From the IMG/VR virus record IMGVR_UViG_3300049847_000494, positions 32,001 through 96,000 of that record: a DNA stretch of 64,000 bases; one strand, given 5' to 3'. A program made the position numbers and the translations under genes. This document shows, piece by piece, positions 37,912 to 47,243 of this stretch. The notes beneath the pieces are model-generated. The model did not search any database. It was not told where the DNA came from and was given only the letters and a program-made list of their open reading frames with translations. This DNA comes from a virus. Numbering within the stretch: the first letter of the stretch is position 1; every line of letters starts with the position of its first letter.

Positions 37912-38436
37912 CTAAATTTTAAGATTAGGTGGTACCCTTGTGTTTTGAACTAGACCTTGAGTATATAGGTACTCAGTAGATTCTTCTAAATTATCCGGTG
38001 CCCAGAAGGAAGATACACCAGCCTGTAAGTCCTCTAATGTTACCTTGTTTTTGACAAACATATTTGCCATCTCAGCAACAATCTTAGGATCTTTAATAGC
38101 AAGCTCTTCCATACGCTTAATAAAGTTCATTAAATACTGCTTAGGTAGTGCACGCTGGAGAAATTCATACCAAGAGTCTTCGAGATCTATTATATCCCAA
38201 AGCTTATCCTTAGGAGCATATTGAATAATAGCTTTTTGCTGGTCAAGTGGTAATACAGGAGGCTTAGCCACAGGTGTATTCAGTTTCTTATCCACAAGGT
38301 CTGTGACTGTAGGCTTAGTATATTCCATAGAGTTTAAAGTTTGAGCACCTTCTAAGCTTTTTTGTACTAAGCTCTTTAAAGCATCTATTTCTTCTTGTGT
38401 AAACAAAGAAGATAACTTCATCTCTTTTTTAGTCAT
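37912..38436 (-). CDS. hypothetical protein
   Basis: 174-aa ORF in the cluster. Confidence 0.7.
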   Translation of the reverse strand: MTKKEMKLSSLFTQEEIDALKSLVQKSLEGAQTLNSMEYTKPTVTDLVDKKLNTPVAKPPVLPLDQQKAIIQYAPKDKLWDIIDLEDSWYEFLQRALPKQYLMNFIKRMEELAIKDPKIVAEMANMFVKNKVTLEDLQAGVSSFWAPDNLEESTEYLYTQGLVQNTRVPPNLKI

Positions 38437-38447
38437 AAAGGTTCACC

Positions 38448-39386
38448 TTAACGAATTTTATGCAATTTCGTTGTTTTAGTAAAAGGAAAAGAAAATTTCT
38501 GTGTACCCTTGAAAGATAAGGTAAGCTCTTTTAACATGAAGCTTATTGGCTTAATGATAGGAATAGGTGTAGCTGCTTCTGCGTAGCTTACGGTTATGTG
38601 TGGTACGTAGTTAGGAAATGATTCTAAATCAAGACTATCCGGATATTGTGTAGTTATTGCTGTAATTAAGTCTTCACGTAGAGTTTCTAACTCAGTGGAG
38701 TTAACCCTGGCAAAATAAGGATCTACATCCTTATCTGTAGAAAATTGCGACCCGCCAGTAATATTTACCTGAAAAACTGTGTGCTTAGCACATTCTGACC
38801 TTATAATACCTTTTATACCTTCAAGAACGTCGTCATCCTTAAGGTCAGGGAGGAATAACAACGTAACATGAGGAGAGTCCCCTCTGTAGACATCATCTTC
38901 TAACATACGAAAAACTATATTTTCAAATATATTTTTAGGTATCTGCGCTTCGATAATAGAAGATGTATGCTTTTTAGCTAAAATTGGCGATTTAGTTATA
39001 GTCGATTGTATATTTGAAAAATTTAAAAAGAAGTTGTGATAGAAAATTTCAGTAAAATAAACATCTGTTGTCGATATAACAGTTGTATCATTTAATACGC
39101 CAAAAAATTCTTCTCTACCAATCTGAACACGAAGCTTTTTATTGATAGAGTAGCGTAAAAAGGAATACAGCTCTTTAGCTGCATCGACTGACATATCAGA
39201 CCAAAGTAACTCTATTTTAATAGAGTCATCAAATGTAGATCCTGTTGCTGAAGACCGGATAAACGTGATAGAATAGTGTCTTTCATTTAAAGAAATTTGA
39301 AGATCAGATCCTGTATACTTTGATAAAGCTTTGGTAGCATCCATAGGGTCTGTGATATCAGAAGACCCTAACACTATCTTTAGCAT
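38448..39386 (-). CDS. 2H phosphoesterase (Acb1/T4 gp57B-like) with an extra N-terminal domain
   Basis: Two HxT motifs, SPHVTL and VPHITV, with LREDL between them. Confidence 0.8.
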   Translation of the reverse strand: MLKIVLGSSDITDPMDATKALSKYTGSDLQISLNERHYSITFIRSSATGSTFDDSIKIELLWSDMSVDAAKELYSFLRYSINKKLRVQIGREEFFGVLNDTTVISTTDVYFTEIFYHNFFLNFSNIQSTITKSPILAKKHTSSIIEAQIPKNIFENIVFRMLEDDVYRGDSPHVTLLFLPDLKDDDVLEGIKGIIRSECAKHTVFQVNITGGSQFSTDKDVDPYFARVNSTELETLREDLITAITTQYPDSLDLESFPNYVPHITVSYAEAATPIPIIKPISFMLKELTLSFKGTQKFSFPFTKTTKLHKIR

Positions 39387-39389
39387 AAA

Positions 39390-39671
39390 TTAAACCTCTA
39401 TTGTATATTTACCGGAGGAAGGATCTTTCTGGAGCCAAACAGCGGTCTCTTCCAGTTTAGTCTCCCAGTAAGGCGTCAACACAATCTCAAATATTTTATT
39501 ATTACGAGGATCCGTAGTTATTTTATTGATTTTACCTAGTAACTTGCTAACTTTTTCAGGACCATACTCAGCAAGCATTTCATTAACTTTAGCAAAATAC
39601 GTATCAGTATAATCTGCTTTGATTAGATTACGCAGTTTAGAAGCAATATATACAAGTTTAGTATTAGTCAT
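39390..39671 (-). CDS. small putative virion cargo protein
   Basis: N-terminal KLVYIASKLRNLIKA. Confidence 0.65.
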   Translation of the reverse strand: MTNTKLVYIASKLRNLIKADYTDTYFAKVNEMLAEYGPEKVSKLLGKINKITTDPRNNKIFEIVLTPYWETKLEETAVWLQKDPSSGKYTIEV

Positions 39672-40005
39672 GACTAACCTTATTCAAATCCCTTAATAAC
39701 TTTTTAATGTTCTTATCCCACTCAGGGCTACTCAACATAGACTCAATAGTTTCCCGGAGCTTACGTTCATAACCAGGATGTGTAACAGCAATAGGACTGT
39801 ATTCAGGATAAGCTGGTCGATTTGAAGGTCCCCATGGATGAGGACCAGCATAACCTACCAACATATAGTACAAGGTACGAACAAGCTCTGATTTAAACTT
39901 AGCCTTAAATTTTTCTGTGTCTATATCATTATATTTAGACTTAGAAGCTTTTTTATGAAGCCCTGCCCATAACTCTGCATCAGTAGGTTTTTGATTTGAA
40001 TCCAT
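39664..40005 (-). CDS. small hypothetical protein
   Basis: TAATG-coupled; N-terminal LWAGLHKKA. Confidence 0.65.
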   Translation of the reverse strand: MDSNQKPTDAELWAGLHKKASKSKYNDIDTEKFKAKFKSELVRTLYYMLVGYAGPHPWGPSNRPAYPEYSPIAVTHPGYERKLRETIESMLSSPEWDKNIKKLLRDLNKVSHD

Positions 40006-40574
40006 TATTTTGAATTAATTAAATATTTCTTACAAACTTCAGGGACTTCAGCTGCAGCGATTCTCTTCTTACGATCAACTGTGCTCTTAGCAAGCTTCTG
40101 ACCACCAAGGTATTTTTGAAGCATCTTAACAAGAAACTTAGTTACATTAGAAGCATCTTTAACTGATGCAGCACCAGAAGCTGCTAAATAATCACTAATT
40201 TGCTTTAGTGGCTTAGAAATCTCAAAAGGAACCATACCACGACCATTAACAAAGTCAGCAAAATCCTTAATAACAGCAGGTGATACTTGTGGCTTTGGCT
40301 CAGTTACCAAAACAGGTGGTTTTTGGTTTTGCATCTTAGGTCGTTCCTTTTTTGCAGGAATATTACCTAAGTCATCAATCTCTTGTTGCTGCTTAAGAAA
40401 TTCTTCAGGACTAAGCTTTTCAGGCTTTTCAGTAGGCTTTTCCGCGGGGGCATCTTTAGAGGTGAAGAACTTACGCCACAAACTTTTTTCTTGATCAGCC
40501 GTTACAAGATCTTGTCCTACCTTGTTAAGTACATGGGCTACAGTTAGTAAACGCTTCTGAGTATCTTTTTTCAT
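40005..40574 (-). CDS. putative internal head protein
   Basis: N-terminal KRLLTVAHVLNKVGQDLVTA; just downstream of the MCP gene. Confidence 0.7.
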   Translation of the reverse strand: MKKDTQKRLLTVAHVLNKVGQDLVTADQEKSLWRKFFTSKDAPAEKPTEKPEKLSPEEFLKQQQEIDDLGNIPAKKERPKMQNQKPPVLVTEPKPQVSPAVIKDFADFVNGRGMVPFEISKPLKQISDYLAASGAASVKDASNVTKFLVKMLQKYLGGQKLAKSTVDRKKRIAAAEVPEVCKKYLINSK

Positions 40575-40685
40575 TGAAATTTTCCCAATCTATAAGCTAT
40601 AAGTAGCTTATAATTAAAGCAAACAGATGTTATAGTAACAAATAACTATTGTGTTAAATAGCAAAAAACTATTGTATTAAAAAGC

Positions 40686-40716
40686 AAAAAACCTTGCCCG
40701 TTGCCAGACAAGGTTT
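40686..40716 (-). terminator. intrinsic terminator of the MCP gene
   Basis: AAACCUUGUCUG-GCAA-CGGGCAAGGUUU plus U-tract. Confidence 0.9.
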
Positions 40717-40740
40717 CTTTTACAACTTCGTTACTAAAAG

Positions 40741-41874
40741 TTAGACGCGAGTACCGCGGCTTACTGCACGACTGTTACCAAGAACCTGAGCTTGGATGCT
40801 CTGTAGGAACCAACCACGTGAAGGTTCGCCAAATGCATAACGGTCGATAGCACGGCTATCAAGCGCCTTGATCTGGCAAAGAGTACCTAGTGTCACAGGT
40901 GCGCCTGTGATGAATACTTCACCAGGATTAAGAACCTGGAGAGTGTGGTAACGGTAACCATCAGTGATGATTTCCATACCAAGGATCGAACCAAGACGAC
41001 CCTCAAGCACTAGCTCATGCTTCGAAACCTGGTCAAACCAAGCAACGAATTCACTGTGCGAAATGATATCGTTCCAGATATCAAATGCGATGGTAAGAGT
41101 TGCAGCAGGAATACCCCAACGGTCAACTGCAGTCCTCATTGTAGTAAGAACTGAAGGTGTGAATGAAGGGAATAGGGTAAGGTCGTTATACGAAGTAGCC
41201 GCCTGTACCATCAGTGCACGAGTGATAAGGTCTTCCTTACGCATAACTGCTTCAAGACCATCCTGGAACTTCTCATCCAGTAGGTCTGTAGAAGCCTGTG
41301 CAATTTCCTTATCTTCAATAAGGATGTTGCAGTTGACATAGTAGTTAGGAGGATAGATGTAGGTCTGACGAATCCTCTGAGGTTGAACAGCTGCATCTGA
41401 AGTAACTTGATAAGCTACTACGTCCTTCTTACGGACTTTGACGCGAGCATCTCGACCAGGAGCAACATCCTGTACAGCAAAAAGCTTACGAGCAAAACCT
41501 TGACGACCAAGGGTTTCCCAGATCTCATCACTGAATACTTCACCTAAACGCTGAAGCTTGTTACCTGATACGTCATTGAAAGCTTCCACAAGATGAGCAT
41601 GACGCTCTGCAGCAGCTTCCTTAGTAATACCATTAGAAACTACAGTCTCAGTGCTAGCCTGCTTGACAAGATGACCAATAGCCTGTAGTAATTCTTTTGT
41701 GCTTGAAGCGTTAATCTCGCCATTAGCACCAAAAGCAGCTTGGTTACTAAGACGAGTAACCCCACCAACACGAACACCACCACGAAGACCATCTTGAGAT
41801 ACAGCAGGAACATCACGTGCACCAGCCATCACTCGGACAGGCTTGTTTGCACCAGGGGCATACGGATTATGCAT
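40741..41874 (-). CDS. major capsid protein (HK97-like fold)
   Basis: 377 aa; strong AGGAG SD and its own terminator; LGRQGFARKL, EAVMRKED and GRLGSILGMEIITD...VLNPGEVFI motifs. Confidence 0.8.
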   Translation of the reverse strand: MHNPYAPGANKPVRVMAGARDVPAVSQDGLRGGVRVGGVTRLSNQAAFGANGEINASSTKELLQAIGHLVKQASTETVVSNGITKEAAAERHAHLVEAFNDVSGNKLQRLGEVFSDEIWETLGRQGFARKLFAVQDVAPGRDARVKVRKKDVVAYQVTSDAAVQPQRIRQTYIYPPNYYVNCNILIEDKEIAQASTDLLDEKFQDGLEAVMRKEDLITRALMVQAATSYNDLTLFPSFTPSVLTTMRTAVDRWGIPAATLTIAFDIWNDIISHSEFVAWFDQVSKHELVLEGRLGSILGMEIITDGYRYHTLQVLNPGEVFITGAPVTLGTLCQIKALDSRAIDRYAFGEPSRGWFLQSIQAQVLGNSRAVSRGTRV

Positions 41875-41928
41875 TTAAAATTCTCCTAGAAAAAATGAAA
41901 TTTGTTGTTTATGAACCATGTAAGTCAA

Positions 41929-41979
41929 TTAGTACATTTCTAATGTGGTTGCTGGGATATCCAGCAGCGTACTAACCAC
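41929..41979 (-). promoter_or_regulatory. structured 5' leader of the MCP mRNA (possible pseudoknot)
   Basis: GUGGU/ACCAC, UGCUGG/CCAGCA and UAGUAC/GUACUA complementarities. Confidence 0.4.
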
Positions 41980-42025
41980 TCTTATATTTTGGGAGGATAT
42001 AACTACCTTAACTTAGGAGATGATA

Positions 42026-42286
42026 CTAAACAAACCTAAGAACTGTAGACCGTACATACCCAGTAGCAAACTCTGTATCAGGGTCTATTGCCAATACAGG
42101 GGAGGTAGAGTTAAGAGGTACAACGATAGGTTTAGCCCGTGAAGACGTAATCCTTAATACGTTATCTACAACCTTCTTAGACTCAAAAGTTGTGTCTAAG
42201 TAGGAGACAGTAACACTAATATCAATAGTGTTATCATCTTGTATTGTATTAGTCAGCCCAGTAACACTACCAGATTTAGTAGTCAT
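42026..42286 (-). CDS. small hypothetical beta-rich protein
   Basis: 86 aa; preceded by AATAGTTAT motif. Confidence 0.55.
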   Translation of the reverse strand: MTTKSGSVTGLTNTIQDDNTIDISVTVSYLDTTFESKKVVDNVLRITSSRAKPIVVPLNSTSPVLAIDPDTEFATGYVRSTVLRFV

Positions 42287-42309
42287 GAAAATATATAACT
42301 ATTAAAACA

Positions 42310-42492
42310 TTAGTCGTCACCAAGCAAAAACCGAAGACTGTGTAGCTTTGAGGCTAATATTGTACCCTGATAATCTCCGCGATCTAAACATGCATAGATC
42401 TCTTTGACGGTTAAACCTTTACTCTCAGCAAGTTTTAGTTGATGTTCGCGTATAGTTGACTCAGTAACTTCAATTTCTTCTATGGTGTCCAT
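42310..42492 (-). CDS. small hypothetical protein
   Basis: 60 aa directly after the RNR gene. Confidence 0.55.
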   Translation of the reverse strand: MDTIEEIEVTESTIREHQLKLAESKGLTVKEIYACLDRGDYQGTILASKLHSLRFLLGDD

Positions 42493-42496
42493 AATA

Positions 42497-45400
42497 TTAA
42501 CTACACTTAGAATAAGAGCAATCTAAACAACTAGCGCAGCCTTCCTTATAGACTAACCGTTCACTAGCACATTCAGGACATTTCTTAGTACCAGGCTTTG
42601 TACCATCCTTAATATAATTCTTAAGGACACGAGAAACAGCTTTAGAAAAACTAAATAGTTCATCTTCCTTATCAGAACCTTTAGTTAGTTGCTCCACGAT
42701 ATATTGAATAGGTACACCATGACGTAATGATAAAGAAATAGTTCTGGTAAATGAAGCATTAGTTTTATTTTCGAATACACTGGTTATATCTTTTATTACT
42801 GTTTCATTATCAGTTGTCTCAAAATCATAATGAAGATCATATCTTGAGATATTACTACCTGTAACAGAATGTTTAACAACCTTCCCCTGCTTAACCCTAC
42901 GAGGTATTTGGATAAATTTAGATAATCCACCAAAAACTTCATATGGTTTATTTTCAAATAAACCTACAATGAAAGTCCATTTTTCACCATTTACTGTAGC
43001 ATGAACTATATCACACAGTAGCTCATTACCCCGTTTAGGTGAGTGATTTTCAGTAAATATACTACTTACAATCTTATTGCCATCAATCTTAGCAGCTTCA
43101 ATAACAGCTGTCATAGTACCAGCACGATAAGTCGTTATACCCTTAATTCCATTTTCATAAGCATAAAGATATACTTTTTGAAAATCCTCATAAGCGTAAT
43201 CATTAGGTATATTTACTGTCTTGCTAATAGACATATTAGTAAAATGAGCACATACCGTTAAAACACTTAAATGGTCCTCTATAGAGAGTTCCTCTGAGGA
43301 GGTAAAAGCACCTGCTGCTTTCATATCAGCAAATTTATCCCCATAATAGGACTTAGCGAATTTCATACCATAATCTTCTACCAAAGTAGAAACTACTAAG
43401 CCTCGATTCTTATCTATCTCATAATTTTTACCTTCAAAAGTACCAGCTAAAACCTGTTCATCACCACGTTTAGTAAATTTAAACACAGCAGTTTCAAACC
43501 ACTCACCTTTACCTACCTCAGGATAAATTAGTCCTTTAACAAGTAACTCACGACAACGATTTTCGGGTACAATAGACCACCTGTAATAACCATCCGCATT
43601 AAATACAGGCTCAATACCGCCAGACACATTGCGAGCATAAATACCAGTATTACCAGTAGGAGCATTCATAGATTGATGACTGTTACGCATACAACCAATA
43701 AGTTGAACCTCCTCTTTAACACTAATATCAATACTACTCCACCAAGCAGAAGAAAAATACTTATCAGCATCAAATAAAGGAAAAGAACCCTTCTCAGCAC
43801 CTAATCTTGCACTAGCTAATAACTCCGTCTCGCTCTTTAACCTAAATATAGATTCAACTAATGTTAGGGAAGCAGGTGAACCATACTTAATACCTAGCAT
43901 AAGATGAAGAGATCCTAAGCCCATTACACCCAAACCAATACGACGCTTAGCGACGATTGATCGATCATATTCTGGCAAAGGGGTAGGTGATATATCGTTA
44001 ATATTATCAAGAAAACGAATAGCAGTAGCTACAGAAGTACGGAAAGACCCAAAATCAAAAGTAAGTGAACCAGGTGAAACCTCCTTAACAAAGGTAACAA
44101 GGTTCAGAGAGCCTAATAGGCATACACCAGTAGCCATGGCTATCTCCCCACATTGCATTACATGTATGCCTATGTAGGCAGGAGGTTTATCATCCTTGGT
44201 TTTTATATCTGTAACTATAGATACTGTATGATTATCATCTACTGTTAAATTATATACAGTATGTTCACCTTCAAGCTCAACTACTGAAACTACTTTATGA
44301 TTGTAGTTTCTTCCTGCCTCGGTAACTTCAACATAGGATTGAAAACCATAATCTGAGCCGCGTAATCTAAATGATACTTTCTGAGCTTTACAGGCGTTTT
44401 CCCATTCTACTAAATCAGGATCTCTTTTTAGGTTAAAAGCAAGTTGTGACCATATTCTTGCTTGTTTTTGTTTACTATCTAAAACTTGTTTTTTCAAGGA
44501 GTTTCGTGTACCGCATACATCAGAACAATAGGAAAGCTCCCTCCTTACATAAGGTTTCTTGCATTCAACTTGACAACCTTCACAAATTTTTATTACGAAC
44601 ACTTCACCATCAATAATTTGAGCATTATACCCTTGCTCTAAAGCTAACTTAAGTGTTTTTTGAATTTTAACACTGACGGTGCTCATACCTAGCTCGATAG
44701 CACATATTTTAGCTAGAGCTGTAGAACTTTTACCTAAAACAGTATGATGCATTTTTGAGAATGTAATAGGAAGTTTATTTTCTTTGGCAAAAGCTTCCCA
44801 TTCGTTATTAGAAAAAGGGCGACCCAGTTTTTTACAAAGCTCTAAAGCTCTAGCCTTGATCTGTTCTGATGCATTACCGTAAAAATGCCCATTCTTTTCA
44901 CCAGCACAATCTTCATTAGCATGAAGCTGTTGATGTTCTTTAAAGGTCATAACTTCTAAGTTGTTAACAGCATTATTTAGACCGTTATAATCCTTATGAT
45001 GTACAACGACCCCACCTTTAAGCCACCCACTAACTTCTTCTAAGTTCTCCTTTGAACCCCAAATTTCAGGATGATAAAACTTACCAAGTAAGCGATGCTC
45101 ATAAAATTGAGCATTTCTAGGATTTCTAGTATCACAGGCAATCCTATAGTAATACTGAGAGTCTTTGGATGGTTTCTCTGGTGTTTTACTAAACCTTGGT
45201 AAGCTATCACCAGGTTGTAGATCTTTAGCTAATACTGTAGTACCGTCCCTTAGTAGACACTTATGGTCGGGTGTTACATCAAAATGGCTATCATCATCTA
45301 AAGTTACTCTTACCAGCTTTTTCCCATAGCCTGTTATTCTTGGGTGTCGGGCTGTTTTAATCTCTACCATACCTGTTTCCTTATTCAAGGAATATACAGG

Positions 45401-46426
45401 TACGTCTACTTCTTCATCAGCTAATTGTTTAATAGGTACAGCATTTCTACCATCAGCTACTGCTATTAGCGTATCACCAGAGAAGCATGGGTTAGTTGTC
45501 TTAATCTTATCGCACCAGTGAAGTGGATTTAGTCTATTAGCTAGACCTAAGAATAGTATACCTGGTTCATTTCTATTATAGGTAGATTTAGTGATGAGCT
45601 CCCAGAGCTCTGAGGCTTTAACTGTTTCATAGACAAAAACAGGATAACCTTTAGCTTCCCAATCACTAATATCACCAAACCACTCTTCTTTATACTGTGG
45701 TATGCTTGTATCTGGATACTTTAGGTCCCATGTACTATCAGCGTATAAAGCTTCCATAAAAGCATCAGTAACACCTACTGATACATTAAACTTAGTTAGC
45801 CTACCTGGAGTTTGTTTAGCTACTATGAAATCCTTAATATCCGGGTGCCAGATTTCAAGGATAAGCATTTGTGCGCCCTTACGGATCTTATTCTTTTCAT
45901 TGGCTTGCTTTTTACCAAGAACTTTGGTACTACCTTGGGTAATAATTTCAGAGGACTTATCCCATAGTTCCATGAACTTGAGTACACCTGGAGTACGTGC
46001 TCCTACACCATAGATGTAGGAGCCTGCTGGTCGTATGAACGAAGCATTGATACCATACCCACCCTCTGATTTGAGGGTTTTAGCTTGAGCTTTTAAAAGA
46101 TTATAGATCCCTTCAATAGAATCAGGATCTTTCATTCCGATATCTTCAGGATTATGGACAAAGCAATTATATTGTGTTGTACCTTCTCTGCCTGGTACGC
46201 CTAGATTAGCTAGGATACGCCCACCGGGAATAAACCTATCATTATACAATATAGATTTAAAATCAGCTGCAATCTTAGCTCGTATTTCAGGCTTCTCAAC
46301 TGATGCACAAGCTTCAGCTGCTCGATCCCAAGTATCTTTTCGGGAAGTTTCTGTGGGTGCTTTGTAATTATCTGACCAGACCTGGTTTGAAATTTCGTCA
46401 TATTCATAGTTATCGAATGTATCCAC
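42497..46426 (-). CDS. nrdJ: class II (B12-dependent) ribonucleotide reductase, intein-containing
   Basis: FIPGGR, NCFV, EPGILF, TNP/CGE, CLLGSLNL, RRIGLG, APTGNT, SKTVN and KGITTYR; C-terminal domain with zinc ribbon; no beta-subunit gene nearby. Confidence 0.92.
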   Translation of the reverse strand: MDTFDNYEYDEISNQVWSDNYKAPTETSRKDTWDRAAEACASVEKPEIRAKIAADFKSILYNDRFIPGGRILANLGVPGREGTTQYNCFVHNPEDIGMKDPDSIEGIYNLLKAQAKTLKSEGGYGINASFIRPAGSYIYGVGARTPGVLKFMELWDKSSEIITQGSTKVLGKKQANEKNKIRKGAQMLILEIWHPDIKDFIVAKQTPGRLTKFNVSVGVTDAFMEALYADSTWDLKYPDTSIPQYKEEWFGDISDWEAKGYPVFVYETVKASELWELITKSTYNRNEPGILFLGLANRLNPLHWCDKIKTTNPCFSGDTLIAVADGRNAVPIKQLADEEVDVPVYSLNKETGMVEIKTARHPRITGYGKKLVRVTLDDDSHFDVTPDHKCLLRDGTTVLAKDLQPGDSLPRFSKTPEKPSKDSQYYYRIACDTRNPRNAQFYEHRLLGKFYHPEIWGSKENLEEVSGWLKGGVVVHHKDYNGLNNAVNNLEVMTFKEHQQLHANEDCAGEKNGHFYGNASEQIKARALELCKKLGRPFSNNEWEAFAKENKLPITFSKMHHTVLGKSSTALAKICAIELGMSTVSVKIQKTLKLALEQGYNAQIIDGEVFVIKICEGCQVECKKPYVRRELSYCSDVCGTRNSLKKQVLDSKQKQARIWSQLAFNLKRDPDLVEWENACKAQKVSFRLRGSDYGFQSYVEVTEAGRNYNHKVVSVVELEGEHTVYNLTVDDNHTVSIVTDIKTKDDKPPAYIGIHVMQCGEIAMATGVCLLGSLNLVTFVKEVSPGSLTFDFGSFRTSVATAIRFLDNINDISPTPLPEYDRSIVAKRRIGLGVMGLGSLHLMLGIKYGSPASLTLVESIFRLKSETELLASARLGAEKGSFPLFDADKYFSSAWWSSIDISVKEEVQLIGCMRNSHQSMNAPTGNTGIYARNVSGGIEPVFNADGYYRWSIVPENRCRELLVKGLIYPEVGKGEWFETAVFKFTKRGDEQVLAGTFEGKNYEIDKNRGLVVSTLVEDYGMKFAKSYYGDKFADMKAAGAFTSSEELSIEDHLSVLTVCAHFTNMSISKTVNIPNDYAYEDFQKVYLYAYENGIKGITTYRAGTMTAVIEAAKIDGNKIVSSIFTENHSPKRGNELLCDIVHATVNGEKWTFIVGLFENKPYEVFGGLSKFIQIPRRVKQGKVVKHSVTGSNISRYDLHYDFETTDNETVIKDITSVFENKTNASFTRTISLSLRHGVPIQYIVEQLTKGSDKEDELFSFSKAVSRVLKNYIKDGTKPGTKKCPECASERLVYKEGCASCLDCSYSKCS
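44153..45487 (-). mobile_element. 445-aa intein with an HNH endonuclease and C-terminal Gln
   Basis: Block A CFSGDTLI, block B VTPDHKCL, block F VYNLTVDDNH, end IHVMQ/C; internal EHRL...VHHKDYNGLNNAVNNL...EH. Confidence 0.9.
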
Positions 46427-46460
46427 AAAATCTCCTTAAATTTAAGACTATTTACATGTT

Positions 46461-47243
46461 TTAAGGCTGGACATCAGTTAATTTAAGCTTTTCTGCTAAA
46501 TCAGGTCTGAAGCAGATAGCTGAATATATACAGTATTTGGCATTATCATCTGAGGGGCTCTGACAAATACCAGAAGGTAATACTTTTAGTTTTACACATT
46601 CTTTACCATAATTAAAAGCAGCGACTTGGTTATCCAGTGATGTTTTAATCACGGGTACAACGAATATTTTCCTTAGATGTGGATTCTCTCTTGAGATATA
46701 TAACATAACAATTTTATTTAAAGACCAGTCATACATCCTATTAAGTGCTGTAGCATATACTGAGGCTTGTAATGTCCATTCGTACCAAATAGGCTCTTTC
46801 ATCTCTTGAATAGCTTTTGTACTTTTAGTTTTTATTTCTAATACTGAATTATGGTTTAAAAGAACCCCATCAACAAAACCACCTATACCATTCATTACTT
46901 TATCTATACGGTATTCCACATAATCAGGGTATTTTGTGCAAACAAGGCAGCGCTTAGCATGTTGATTATTTCTTGTAATACCACAACATTTCCAGTTACC
47001 GAATAGCAAACCAGCTTTACCAAGTTGTTTTTGTGTGATAGCGTGAATAGTATGACCTAAAGAAGTATAAAATTCACCAGAATAATCCCAATAGTAACCA
47101 GCTTTTATATCATCTGTTGCATGTGTATAAATTGACAATTTTCTAGGACAGAAGGGCAAAGAAGATGGGCTGAATCTATGTTCGTAAATATTTAGGTCTT
47201 TTACCTGGAATGCTTCTGCTACTTCTTGGTCTATAGTTTTCAT
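46461..47243 (-). CDS. Cas4-like PD-(D/E)XK exonuclease
   Basis: SPSSLPFCPR, VDG, LEIKT, QASVY and C-terminal Cys cluster. Confidence 0.85.
   Translation of the reverse strand: MKTIDQEVAEAFQVKDLNIYEHRFSPSSLPFCPRKLSIYTHATDDIKAGYYWDYSGEFYTSLGHTIHAITQKQLGKAGLLFGNWKCCGITRNNQHAKRCLVCTKYPDYVEYRIDKVMNGIGGFVDGVLLNHNSVLEIKTKSTKAIQEMKEPIWYEWTLQASVYATALNRMYDWSLNKIVMLYISRENPHLRKIFVVPVIKTSLDNQVAAFNYGKECVKLKVLPSGICQSPSDDNAKYCIYSAICFRPDLAEKLKLTDVQP

Noticed and set aside
42310-42492. Antitoxin-like small protein (ends LRFLLGDD)
   Set aside because: No adjacent toxin gene, and the resemblance is only impressionistic
46461-47243. Cas4-like gene as a sign of a CRISPR-Cas system
   Set aside because: No repeat-spacer array or other cas genes; solo Cas4-like nucleases next to primase are common in phage replication modules
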